Source: Tubulanus polymorphus (Eukaryota; Animalia; Nemertea). Taken from it: a stretch of DNA of 64,000 bases. Each line of letters opens with the position of its first letter. Position 1 is the first letter of the stretch. Below the pieces are notes generated by a model, which worked only from the letters and a program-made list of their open reading frames with translations, ran no database searches and had not been told where the DNA came from. Position numbers and translations under genes: made by a program. This document shows, in pieces, positions 1-11,332 of this stretch. The stretch lies in the NCBI RefSeq assembly GCF_964204645.1, contig NC_134027.1, positions 19,678,560 to 19,742,559 of the forward strand, written 5' to 3'.

Positions 1-636
1 TTTGCGTTCCAAATTGTTGAACGTTCTTCAATGGTAAAATATTTAATATACTAGAATTATAAATTGTATCTTTAGTTGCTTCAAATGTTTTTGTAGGATT
101 AATTAAATTGCAATAAATATAAAAATGTGTGTAAGGTATTAAGTTTGATCTACCATATGTGTTATCGACAATAAGTTTATCTGGAGGAATTCCTAACAGT
201 TTAGCAAAAGGTTTTTTAACACGTAAGCATGTCTTCTTGTAAATGAAGCAGGATTCATATTTTCATCATCAAACTTTACTTTAATTTTATTAGAGCTCTC
301 ACTTTTTATGAATTTAATATTAAATTTAGAATCACTACCTAATATAATCCGAGCTTTTCTATTAATTTCTTGAGATAATGTTTCTAAATTATATAATCCT
401 GGTGTTAGATAAAATTGATTCCATTCATGTTTAATTTTATCAAAAATAAAAAGGCTTCTATGTTCATCAGTTTTATCTGATATATTATAAAAAGAGTTAC
501 ATAAACTTATATTAACTAATTTCAAATCAACACAATTCTTAAATTCTCTATCTAATTGAACTAGTAAATAATGTGATTTATAATTTGTAAGTCTTCTAGA
601 ATCAACATATATTCTGTATTCTTTTAATTCACCCAT
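1..636 (-). pseudogene. Minor capsid (penton)-like protein of the Polinton, frameshifted near 195
   Basis: ORF 193-636 has SLCNSFYNI...LTPGLYNLETLSQEI. A second frame continues to the window edge with FYIYCNLINP...ILNILP. Both patterns are typical of Polinton penton proteins. Confidence 0.55.
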
Positions 637-657
637 TATTTATAACACAAAAAAACT

Positions 658-697
658 ACTCTCATCACCACTAGTAATTTTTTTCCCTAATAAATGG
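658..697 (+). promoter_or_regulatory. Shared viral promoter-like motif upstream of the ATG at 694
   Basis: CTCATCACCACTAGTAATTTTTTTCCCTAATAAATGG; a near-identical copy lies on the minus strand at 7037-7074, in front of the pPolB ATG. Confidence 0.6.
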
Positions 698-1299
698 ATG
701 AGAAGATACCATGCGAAATTTGTGGTGAACTTCTAAGAAAAAGTAATATGGCTCGACATATGAAAAAACATGATGAAAATTATAAACCCCCTAAAATAAA
801 CTGCCCAAAATGTAATAAATTATTCTCAAGAAATTATGTTAAAAAACATTCAGAGAAGTGTAAAATAAATGGCGCAACGGCTAATGTTGATTGTAACGAA
901 AGTAATAGTAATTCTGTTGAAGTTGAACCTGAAATTATTTGGAAAAGACCTTTCTTAAACTATGATAAGGATAATATAAAAGATCATTTCCGTGAGCCTT
1001 GTCGAATAAAATATAGCCCTGAAAATATAGAAGATTGGGAGAATCATCAATTTCGTAAAATACATATAGATAAAATTTCTAATAAATTTGAAACTGAATT
1101 CAATGAAAGAAAAAATTAAATATTAGAAAAAATAAAATATGAGAAAACGTTACCAGATAATAAAGAAACAGTTGAAAAGTTAGAAAAACAATATAATGAA
1201 TTAACAAGAAAAACATATTATTGTAAATATTGTAAATTGATTATTACAACAAGTAATTCAAATCTACATAATAGAACAATAAAACATAAGAAAACGTAA
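694..1299 (+). pseudogene. C2H2 zinc-finger protein of the Polinton (ORF 694-1119 plus frameshifted continuation)
   Basis: CEICGELLRKSNMARHMKKH and CPKCNKLFSRNYVKKHSEKC, then YCKYCKLIITTSNSNLHNRTIKH after a frameshift. Confidence 0.65.
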
Positions 1300-1339
1300 G
1301 AAAATACCAGGAGCTTAATGAAGATCTATTACCAATAAA

Positions 1340-2012
1340 TTATAAACAAAAATGCCCACAATGTAATTATGCGACCTTAAGACAAGAAGGTACTGTGTTA
1401 TTTTGTAATGAATGTGGATGGCAAAAGAATTTATGGGGTGATGAAAAAACTAGAAATATTCTTATAGATCCAAAATTAAATTATCTAGATTTTTAAGGTA
1501 TTTTCTACGGAAGATCATACACCAGAATATATGCAATGGCTTGAAAAAATGAAAATAATAGAAAATAAAAATGGTGAATAACTAAAAAAGATATTTTAAA
1601 AACAATTATTCCATCAACATTTAACACAAAACAAAAGAAAATGTATTTATATTTATTATTTAATGATTATTATGAAAAACCTAAATCAACAGAAGAAGAT
1701 ATGGAAAATATAAAAAAAACATTCAAACAAATATTAATGTATCATTTGGAAAATAAAATAACAGATTCAATTAATTATGAATTCTTTTTAAATACGATTG
1801 TAAATTATTTAAACATCGATATTATAATTCCATTTGACGAATTAACAAACAAAAAGAAACAAAGAGAGCGAGATGAAATGTGGAATAATATAGAACTTTA
1901 TCTAAATGAGAAAAATGAAATGGAAGAGCCTAAACAAATTATACAAGAACAATTAAATGAAAAAGAAGAAACCAATAGTGATTTCGAGTTTGATGATATT
2001 GATCCATTTTAA
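1340..2012 (+). pseudogene. VLTF3 (poxvirus A2L-type late transcription factor)-like gene, frameshifted
   Basis: Zn ribbon CPQC...FCNECGW (about 1350-1420), then ITKKDILK, then ORF 1641-2012 with FKQI...INYEFFLNTIVNYL...IP..L..KKQRERDEMWNNI, resembling the VLTF3 C-terminal pattern. Confidence 0.45.
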
Positions 2013-5000
2013 TAACCATAAGGTAATGTTTTTATACCATCATCTGAAATATGTCTTTTATCATCAAATGGATTTAAACTAGTTTTTTCAACTTAATTAA
2101 TGTACATCTCGTGATCTTCTCATCTTAAACAATTCATTTTATGTTTCATTACAATTGAGTTATATAAACACTTTATATAATCTTGAAATTCTATATGTTT
2201 ATCAACCACATGTTTTGTTATTTCTTTTAACTTTTTAGCTTCATGATCTTTTGTTCTATAACTATACATTTTACTTCTTATCCCAACAAATTCAATCATT
2301 TCATCACCCCCTAATTCATCTTTAAATTTACCAGGAATCTTTTTATTATCATTGCTAAATAGTTCATGATCTTTGGGATAATTGCTAAAATCAAAATGAT
2401 GTTTTAATGTTTTAAAGTCTTTTGTTATGTCATTTGTCTTGATTTTTAGTATGTAACTGTCAGTATTGAAGCAAATTAATGGAAATCCACAGTTAAATGT
2501 ACCATCATCAGTTGATAAATCATAAACATAATCTGTTGGGTTATATATTTCAAATAAATCTTTAACTTCTTCAGTTAAATCTTTTTCTGTGTGGCTTAAA
2601 TTAAAGCAATTTGGTTTAGATTTAATCAATCCAATATTCATATTGAAGCCTAATGAATTAAATAATATATTTAACCCTGATATAGCAACTTTTCCTTTCT
2701 GTGCAAAGGTTATCTTTCTATCCTTTGTAAATTTTTTAGCACCATCTGCTGCGTAGAATCCAATGAAGAACCATTTTCTTAAATTATTTTTTGCATTTAA
2801 TACATAATCTGGAACTATCTTTTCTTTAGTTGAAGTATTACTTTTCACTATTGCATGAATATAGAATTCATCATTATATTTTATAGCAAAATCTTTAGAA
2901 TTATTTACAAGTATTCTATAAACTGCTGATGATTTCATAACATCCATGATTTTAAATGTTTTATTTGGATAAACTTCTTCACAATATTTCTTTATTCTTT
3001 CTAATAATATCAAATCTTGATTGCATAAATACCAACAATATTTATTACCCCAAACATATTTATACACACCTGCTGAACCATCTCCCATAAAAAATCCTTT
3101 GATAAAATATTCTTTTTCTTCTAATGTTTCAGGTTCTATATTATAAATATTATCAATTATTTCATCAAATGACATATGATTCATTCTTTGGAAAAATCTT
3201 TTATGTAATAATTCATCTCCGATTTTTATATCAGTTGGTTTTATTTCATCGCCATTTCGTTTAATTAAACTATGATCTTCTGTAACATCTACAAACCCTA
3301 ATTTAGTTCTAACTCTATAGATTTTCTTATTTGTTTTATGCCTAATAATATTCTTTAATTTTTTTCATCCATTTCTTGTCCACACATCCATTAATCCATT
3401 TATTTGTATTAATTCTTTTTCACCATATGAAATATAACATTCATTGTGTTTTGGAATTATCTCTGAAATTCTTCTTATCAATATTTTATCATTACATTTT
3501 AATAATATTGGGGTGTCAGCTGTTACAGAATCAAAATATAATATTTCAATATGCTTTTCCCCAAAAAGTGGTTGTAAAACATTATAATAAAAATCATACA
3601 TTAATAATGTTGATACTTCTAAAACAGTTGAACCAATGAATATAGGTTTATTAAATTTCATTGACGTTCTTTTTAATTTAACTGCTGTTAAATAATCTTC
3701 AAATGTTGAAATGACTTGATTGTAAATGTCTTAATCTTACAGAATTATTTACTAATTCAATATCATTTCTATTTCTAATATTTTCACATGTTTTACCATA
3801 AAAACTATTGTTCATTAATTTAAAAAAATCTTTTTCGAAATCTGTTTTTTATATGGTTATCTGTTGAGTATTGAAATCTATATATTTTTCTAACCACTTC
3901 GATTGATTAAATTCAATATATCTATGCACTTTCTTTAATTTCATTCCTTGTTTTAGATAAAATCTTAACATTCTATAAAGAACAATAAATTTGTATTTAT
4001 TATTTTGAGTAAGTATTAATTTTTCTGTAAAAACATGATCTTTCGGTTTTATTTTCTTCTGGTATTCACTTAAATAAGTATCATCTACGGTTAAATGTTC
4101 TGGGCAATAAGGTAAGTTTCTTGTTTTAAACTTTATATTTTCAGGATATTCTAAATCAACTACAAAGAAATAACCAATTGGTGCTTCATCTTTTAAACTC
4201 GCAATTGCGCTTTCCCAATCAGTTTTATCATCATTTTCAACTTCTGTTAATATAAAATTTTTATATGGGTGAGGTTGCATCATTGCCCAACCATATAAAT
4301 TATTGGCGTCAATATATAATAATTTATATTCGTCATTTGCTTTAAAATACCTATCTCCCATAACACCACTAATTCCACTTTAATTGATTTTTCAAATAAT
4401 AAAACCATGTCTGGTTCTTTTAATAAATCTAATTCTACATTTGTATATTTTTAACCACATTGCCAGGTTAAACCAGGACTTGAATAACAATAACAAGGAT
4501 CAACATTAAAATGATTTAAATTAACTTCTCTAAATTTTTCAAATATGTCAGCCAATATCATAACATCTGATTTTAAATATAAATCAACTAATTCACCATG
4601 ATTTTTCATCTTAAAATGGTTCCAAATATTTAATGTTCTATTAAACACTTCATCTTTCACATACTCCTCTTTTAATTGATCTTTAAAATTGATCTTTTAA
4701 TAATTCTGTTACATTAAAATCATTGTGTGTTTTATAAAATGAATAAGGAATTGCACCTTTATATCTCAATACTTTAAAATCTTGTTCATTTGGATAATAA
4801 TATCGAGTTATAACAAAATCATTATCAACTAAACTTTTTGATAAATTATCTAATGAACTTGCTAGAAATCTATAAGAATCTAAAAATCTAATGCAACCAA
4901 ATTGAAATGAAATATAATTTTCAGATGTTTTAGCTAATAGTTTAAAATCATATTTTCTTACATTTACACCATTCATAGCATTATATTCTTCTATTTCTTG

Positions 5001-7040
5001 ATTAATTGCACCCAATTTTCCCGATAATTGTTTTATCAATAGATGGGTATCATAGCCTGATAAATTATGAAATAATATTGGTACGAAATTAACTTTCTTA
5101 GCTTGTAAATTGCAATCTTCATGAGCAGCTCCACGATATTTTGAATTTAAATGATCATGATCTCTAACTTTTTTATCAAATGAATAAAAACGTTTTTCAC
5201 AATAACAACGATGAGTTGCATAATTAAAATCAATTTCATCTTCTTTTGCCATAACTATTCTTTTATTTTTGTTTAATAATTTTGCAAAATCACTTTCTAA
5301 TTCAATCATTTTGTCACAAAAATCATTAACTACATTTTCACCTCTAAAAGAAATATATTGACTTTCATATAATTCAGGATAATTTGATTTTATATAAATT
5401 CCATAAGCAGCAGCTCTTTGATGAACTTTTTTAATTGTATTTATAATTGGCGGGTCTTGTGTTGTGTCTTCATTTAATTCATTTCCTTTATCCATTGATT
5501 TTAATAATTGCTTTTTGTTATATATTTCTTTTCTATCTTGATCAGTTAATTCTTTATTCACCGAATGGAATGAATTACAAATGGAACAATATTTTTGAAT
5601 TTATGATTAGTAAATTTCAATTTATAATCTTTTTCTGTTGGCATTATTAATTTGCAAAAATCTTTATTATCACATAACTCTTTATGTTTTAGTAACGCAT
5701 TCTCAGTTCTAAATTTAGATAAACATTTTCTACATAGATAAATTTTATGACTGTTAAAATCACTTTCTGTTCTAAAGAATAAATCAATTTGTTTTAACCA
5801 CATACAATGTTCATTTTCATCTTTTTTGTAATATAACAAATCTATAGCATTTTCATCATCATAATATTCTGTTCAATATAAAGCTTCCAATGTATAATCT
5901 TTAATATTTTCACCTTTTGTCTTTGGTAATTGCATTAATTCGAATACATTTATTTTTAACTTATTAATTTTTTCTATTTTGGGTATCATTTTTATAGTTA
6001 CTGGATATTGATCAATTTTATATAATGTTTCATATTTCCGGTAATTTATTATTCTAAAACTATGGGTAATATCTTCTGTGGGGTGTAAACAACTAATAAT
6101 TGACCATAGAAAACATTTATTATCTTCATTTTGAACATTTATTACTGCTTTTGTTGTAAATGGTAATTTAATATAAGATGATGCTTTAATATCCTTTCCT
6201 GTTGTAAAGTTTGAATCATTTTTAAACATTGTTTTACTTTTTGATGTTTTATTCCTTTTTGTATTATAAACATTTAGATCTAAAAATATAATTTCATTTA
6301 ATGATAAACCAGAACCCTCAAAATATCTTTCTTCAATATGACGTTTAAATTCATTAAATACTTTTTCTAACTTCTCTTTTATTTGTGTTTTTGTAATTAT
6401 TTCTTCTGAGAGTGTTTGAATATTATAATCCATTTTCTCTTCTGACTTTAAAAAACTTACTTTCCCAGAGATACTAATTTTTGGATATTCAACATCTGTT
6501 ATCAAATCTAGTATTTTTTCTACTATTTCATTAAATTTAATATAATCTTCTATTGTTGTACCTTTAAAAAATCTAAATATAATAGCTGCAGGACCAATTT
6601 TACTACGTAATGTTTCTAATATTTCAATTGTATCTTTTATTTCTAGAGAATCAATATAATTTCTAACATTTTCCATGTAGGGTTTATTTGAAATGGATTT
6701 GGTTTTTTTACTTTTTGAGGTTTATCATCGAAATAATCTTTTCCTAAAACATTATTACTCAAATTTTGATGGTGTTTTTGTGATTCGAGATGTCTATTAT
6801 AATTCCTTTTTACTATATATTCATTACAAACTTCACATTTTATTTCATCCACATTCATATTTTCTAATCGTTCTTTTCTTTCATTGGAATTTTCTGAAGT
6901 TTCAAAATCTATAAATTTTTTATATGATTTGAAGATTTTTCATGACGCGATTTTTGAGATTTATCAATGTATTTTTTACAATATGGACAATAATATTGAT
7001 TTTCATTAACATCAATTTGTTCTGTCTTATTCTCTCCCAT
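2009..7040 (-). pseudogene. Protein-primed family B DNA polymerase (pPolB) of the Polinton, with an intein; multiple stops and frameshifts
   Basis: From ATG 7040: N-terminal Zn fingers, INVQNEDNKCFLWSI, endonuclease VII-like KVRDHDH..YRGAAH..CN, exonuclease FHNLSGYD and YLKSDV, motif A YIDANNLYGWAM, motif [13 protein letters not shown], motif C YFD|TDS, then KMYSY and LNPFDDKR...TLPYGY* (stop 2009-2011). Confidence 0.92.
2465..3529 (-). other. Intein with LAGLIDADG homing endonuclease inserted in pPolB motif C (YFD|TDS)
   Basis: 355 codons in frame. Block A SVTADTPILL, block B VDVTEDHSL (TxxH), LAGLIDADG motifs IKGFFMGDG and FIGFYAADG, block F YVYDLSTDDGTF, C-terminal Asn followed by +1 Thr. 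One in-frame TGA at 3365-3367. Confidence 0.93.
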
Positions 7041-7074
7041 TTATAAGGAAAAAAAATTACTTGTGGTGATGAGT
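7037..7074 (-). promoter_or_regulatory. Shared viral promoter-like motif upstream of the pPolB ATG
   Basis: Minus strand reads ACTCATCACCACAAGTAATTTTTTTTCCTTATAAATGG, matching 658-697. Confidence 0.6.
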
Positions 7075-7109
7075 GGGGATTACTTCCCCTTGTATATAAC
7101 AAGCTCGCT

Positions 7110-7310
7110 ATTAACCGTTCTCACCCAAGCCTCACAGCATCTATTTATCCGGGCACAGTTGACACGCAATCACTGTACTACAGTAATAGCACACACGTTA
7201 ATAACCGTTCTCAGTAGCGACTCACAGTATCGATCTATCCACGCGCAGTTGTTGTTACGCGCACTCACTGTATATGTGTATCACAGAGCAATCGTCCGTT
7301 CTCACTAGAG
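7110..7310. repeat. About 92-bp imperfect tandem repeat in the presumed Polinton terminal region
   Basis: CCGTTCTCA recurs near 7115, 7205 and 7296, with similar CTCACAG.AT...TATCC...CAGTTG...CACTGTA sequence after the first two. Confidence 0.6.
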
Positions 7311-7377
7311 CCTAGCTGTGATGAGTGGTGTCTCGACCTCTCGACCTCTGGTATGAAAACGCCATCTTCTAATTACT

Positions 7378-10300
7378 AATAATAACGACTATTTTCTGGA
7401 GGAATATAAATTACACCTAAAAGTACATGTTTGTCGCGATTAAATAAATCTTTATCTAATAAATACTTAGATACAAACTGAGAGTCAGTCAAAATTGGTT
7501 TTATTTTATTTTTCAAGAACTTCCTATATATGATACCGACGCCACCTGATCCTTTTTTTGAAAACTTTTTCCTATTTTTCAAGTGCGCCATATGGGAGCG
7601 GTTCCTGAACTTCGCTGAAAAAGCTGAAACACTGAAACGCTGAAATAAGAACGCTGAAATTTCAGGGAATTTCCGAAAAACGCCGAAATTTCAGGGAATT
7701 CCCGAAAAACGCTGAAATCGTGCTAGGTACCGACAATACACGTTTTGAAATGTTTTCCGGGCCGGTGTCCGCTGACGAGTCCTGAACCGTGTTTTATGCT
7801 CTACTTTCGGTTACAGAGACATGCCTTAAGGTCGTCGTCATGTTCGACTTGATCGATTGCGGATTGCGTGGATTGTTAGCTGGTTTTTTTGCCATAGTTT
7901 TATGTGCATATACCGGTACGATCTAACAATGAAGTTATCACTTCATTTGAATAAATTCTTAATTACAGTAATATTAATTCAAAATATTTTTTCTTTTGTT
8001 TGGTGATTTCTTGCAACTTATCATTGCCAAGTTTCATACAAGTTGTAGCTGAATGAAAGTACAGTTAGGCTAAACCCGATAACCCAAATAAAGTGCTAGC
8101 ATGGAACTTATGATTATCTTGATTCTATTTTCGGTGTCATTGAAATTCGTTAATAAAGGTTCAACCGTCATAGTATATTGTACTTAGCATTGCTACGATT
8201 GGGTGTCATATTTCTACAAGGAGGAAGGAGTCTTTAAGTGTCTTTGTTCCCGGGTAGGGTACGGGGTAAAACCTGGTTTACTTTCTCTTTCAACTTGCCG
8301 GAGACTACTATCTGCAATGTATTGCATGCATTGATTTGTCTGGCTTATAGGAGTCGAACGACATTTTCCCATACGCAGGCATGGCTTGAGTGTAGATGAA
8401 GGCTAGGCACTGCACATTGTGCATTGACTGGAACTCTAAACTCACAAAATTAAACGAGTCAACAAGAAAGATTCAATAATTGGACGTTTGTCTAACTATA
8501 TTATTTAACAGCTTGAAATAATACAACACATTTTGCAAGAGTACACATAGGAAATCAGTTCTTACATTATATCAGAATCAAAAGTTCGTTTAACTCGGGC
8601 TAGAATTCTGGTTCCATTGCTTCATATTCTAATGAAATCCACTAGCATACCTTAGAATATCGCTTAGCTTAAGACTAAAAATTTGGTACCAGGAAACAGG
8701 GAAGAAAAGTGGGTGTACTGTACATCCGCAATTGACTTATTTCTCTCTGGTTGAATCAAGTTATTATTGAAATAGCATTCGAATAGCCATTTTATTTCTA
8801 AACATTGTGTCGTTCAGCTATCCTGCTGCAAATTTCGCAGTTGAAGTTTACTGGTGCCAGCTGATTTCTCAGTATCTCAAAAAATTTGCACATTCTAAGT
8901 CCGAGTCTAAAAATAGAAAAAGGTGCATTTAAGTAGGAAATAAAAGAATAGTGGCTAATACACCCTGGACTATATAGCCTATGGGGTGGGCCTAGTTTGA
9001 AGCACTGAGGTCCGAGGGAACAGCACTTAGTAAATAAATACTGAAATTAAACTTACAAAACACCCAGTACTTAAGATGATGTACTTGACAAGAAGTGTCT
9101 CCAGCTAAGCAAATCAACTTTGTCTATGACTCCTCCTTTTATAGATTCAGTAGTAGTCTAAAAATAAGAATCGGTACATTTTTCTAATAGTTGGTATGTC
9201 ATTTCTTCAAAAAAAAACTAATTATTATCACACCACAGCAAATAACTAGTTGTTGAATGGTTTGCCCGATTAAGATTAATTGGTTGACGCTAATTAGTAT
9301 GACCCATATGTAGGGGCCTACTGCATGCCGTTGGCGTCAATCCATTCCATTCCATTCCACAGTGATTTAAAAAGAAATTTAGTTAGATCCCTTTTGCCAA
9401 AAAGCTGCATCATTTATTTAACTAGCTGTCAAAATTAATTTACCTCCTACAGAGAATACCATAGTCCGTCGCCCATCAACGTGTTGACAAAAGAAAAGTT
9501 GCTCCATGTTTTATACATGAACGTTCAAATATGATATTTTGCGTCTTGCAGGGAATATTGAGCATACTCATAGTGTTTAAGTTGGCTTGCACGGTTTGTG
9601 AATGGGTTTTCCTCATTATGCTGCCTGTATATGTATGCATTAAAAATCCGGATTTCAAGCGAATTAATTTGTCCAAAAAGTGGACCTCTAGAAGTATACT
9701 CCACACATACTGTCCATTTGTTGTTGTTGTGTTTCCTTTTGTATTCTCATGTCTGTATACCCTACGTTTTATATGTTCTTTTGTAATTGCTTTATTATTT
9801 GTATACCTATATAACTCGTATTATTTGGTCAATAAAGTTAATCGTAATCGTAATCGTAAATTGTCTCTGTAACCGAAGGTAGACACTAAAACACGGTTCA
9901 GGACTCGGCAGCGGACACCGGCCCGGAAAATATTTCAGAACGTGTATTGTCGGTACCTAGCACGATTTCAGCGTTTTTCGGGAATTCCCTGAAATTTCGG
10001 CGTTTTTCGGAAATTCCCTGAAATGTAAGCGTTTTTATTTCAGCGTTTCAGCGTTTCAGTGATTCAGCTTTTCAGCGAAGTTCAGGAACCGATATGGGAG
10101 GCGGGCAAGCTACAACCTAAATTACCGTCTAAATCATCTAAGTTAGTTTCAGTGAGACATGTGATGTCATTATTGCTAATAAATTCACTAAATTCTGGGA
10201 TATCGAGTTTAGCTATAAGGCCACATACATTCAGCGTAGAAAACTTTAATGATGATTCGATACAAGACATTTCACTTATGATTGCTGCATTTGCTGTACT

Positions 10301-10743
10301 AGTTAAATTTTGCTTATTTAAATCAGAAGTGTCAACATTTCGTATATTTACATCAGAAATGACAATGTTAGGAGTTACATCAGGTACATGATTGTTACTA
10401 TTTACATCAGGGTATGTATCTAGAGGATTTACATGCGGGCCAACGATATTTCTATTTACATTTGGATTACTGTCACATAAGTTTACACTATTTACAAATT
10501 CAATAACATAACAACAACTTCGAGATACAAGAACAGTCCGGTCTACGAATTGTGCGTATAGTCCCTCCGCTGGTTCCTAGTGGCTGTCCATCGGTACGCG
10601 GTCACGGTTTTCGCGGATAACGAGTTTGTCCCGTACAAAGAAAGCTTGTTTTCCGTTTCGCTTTCGCGGCTCTCAGCTCGGGGAGCTTTTCGCATCTTCT
10701 CGCCGCCCATTTCTCAGGCACCTGCCCATTTATTCCTAAAGAC
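7378..10743 (-). mobile_element. Non-LTR retrotransposon (LINE) fragment: end of ORF1 and APE endonuclease of ORF2, split by a TIR element and cut by the Polinton
   Basis: LKFSTLNVCGL...NDITCLTET (10101-10270) joins GSGGVGIIYRK...LLGVIYIPPENS (7378-7590) once 7599-10091 is removed. ORF1-type LPELRAA...GKQAFFVRDKLVI at about 10600-10700. Confidence 0.75.
7599..10091. mobile_element. Non-autonomous MULE/foldback-like DNA transposon with about 225-bp TIRs and a 9-bp TSD
   Basis: TIRs 7599-7821 and 9862-10091 (CGGTTCCTGAACTTCGCTGAAA..., internal GCTGAAA repeats). ATATGGGAG is duplicated at 7590-7598 and 10092-10100. No transposase ORF. Confidence 0.9.
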
Positions 10744-11332
10744 CATCTTCACCCGTCAAGGGATTCGAACCCACTACGCTAAAGCTGTTCCCCGAACCCC
10801 TTGCGACCTCACGAGTCGTTGGAGTCGTTACTAGCCGACCAGAATCCGGTCGTACCAATCACAGCGCTTGTAACAAACCGACAGTAGACTTCTGTTTGTT
10901 TTCCCGTTAAATGGACCAATCAGCGAACGTTTAACCGAACAAGGAAGTATTTCGCAAATCGATATATGACGTCATGCGCAACAGCGCCAGTAATGAAATC
11001 ACGCTACGTGAGGCCAGGGGTCAGGTATCACTCCCGAACTCGCTTCCACCAGCCCCCTGGCCTCACGAAGCGTGATTTGATTACTGGCGCTGTTGCGCAT
11101 GACGTCATATATCGATTTGCGAAATACCTCCTTGTTCAGTAAAACGTTCGCTGATTGGTCTATAATAACGGGAAAACCAATAGAAGCCTAAAGTCGTTTG
11201 TTAAGCGCTGTGATTGGTACGACCGGATTCTGGTCGGCTAGTAACGACTCCAACGACTCGTGAGGTCAAGGGGTTCGGCGAACAGCTTTAGCGTAGTGGG
11301 TTCGAATCCCTTGACGCCGACGGGTGAAGATG
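10744..11332. repeat. Large hairpin: about 280-bp inverted arms with a 33-bp loop, upstream of PIG-T
   Basis: 10744-11020 is the imperfect reverse complement of 11054-11332. Each arm has CCAAT boxes, TGACGTCA and GGTTCGAATCCC. Confidence 0.9.

Larger units (their letters stand above)
1..7377. mobile_element. Polinton/Maverick (adintovirus-like) element, right end, decayed; continues off the left edge
   Basis: Very AT-rich, intronless, gene-dense block with pPolB, penton-like and zinc-finger ORFs. Subterminal repeats at 7110-7310. Ends ...TAATTACT (7377; AGTAATTA on the other strand, like Polinton AGT termini) exactly where a LINE endonuclease frame stops. Confidence 0.85.

Noticed and set aside
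2120-3184. ORF as a free-standing homing endonuclease gene or group I intron ORF
   Set aside because: It is in frame with pPolB on both sides and has intein blocks A, B, F and G.
3365-3367. TGA at a conserved Trp position in the intein, suggesting TGA=Trp recoding
   Set aside because: Neighbouring Trp residues use TGG, and the pPolB also has in-frame TAA stops and frameshifts, so ordinary pseudogenisation explains it.
1-7377. Endogenous giant virus or contaminant contig
   Set aside because: The polymerase has Polinton pPolB motifs rather than NCLDV PolB motifs, a penton-like gene is present, and the block joins a host LINE at a Polinton-like terminus.
11260-11320. tRNA gene suggested by GGTTCGAATCCC
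   Set aside because: I could not fold a cloverleaf or find an A-box/D-arm; the motif is part of the hairpin arm.
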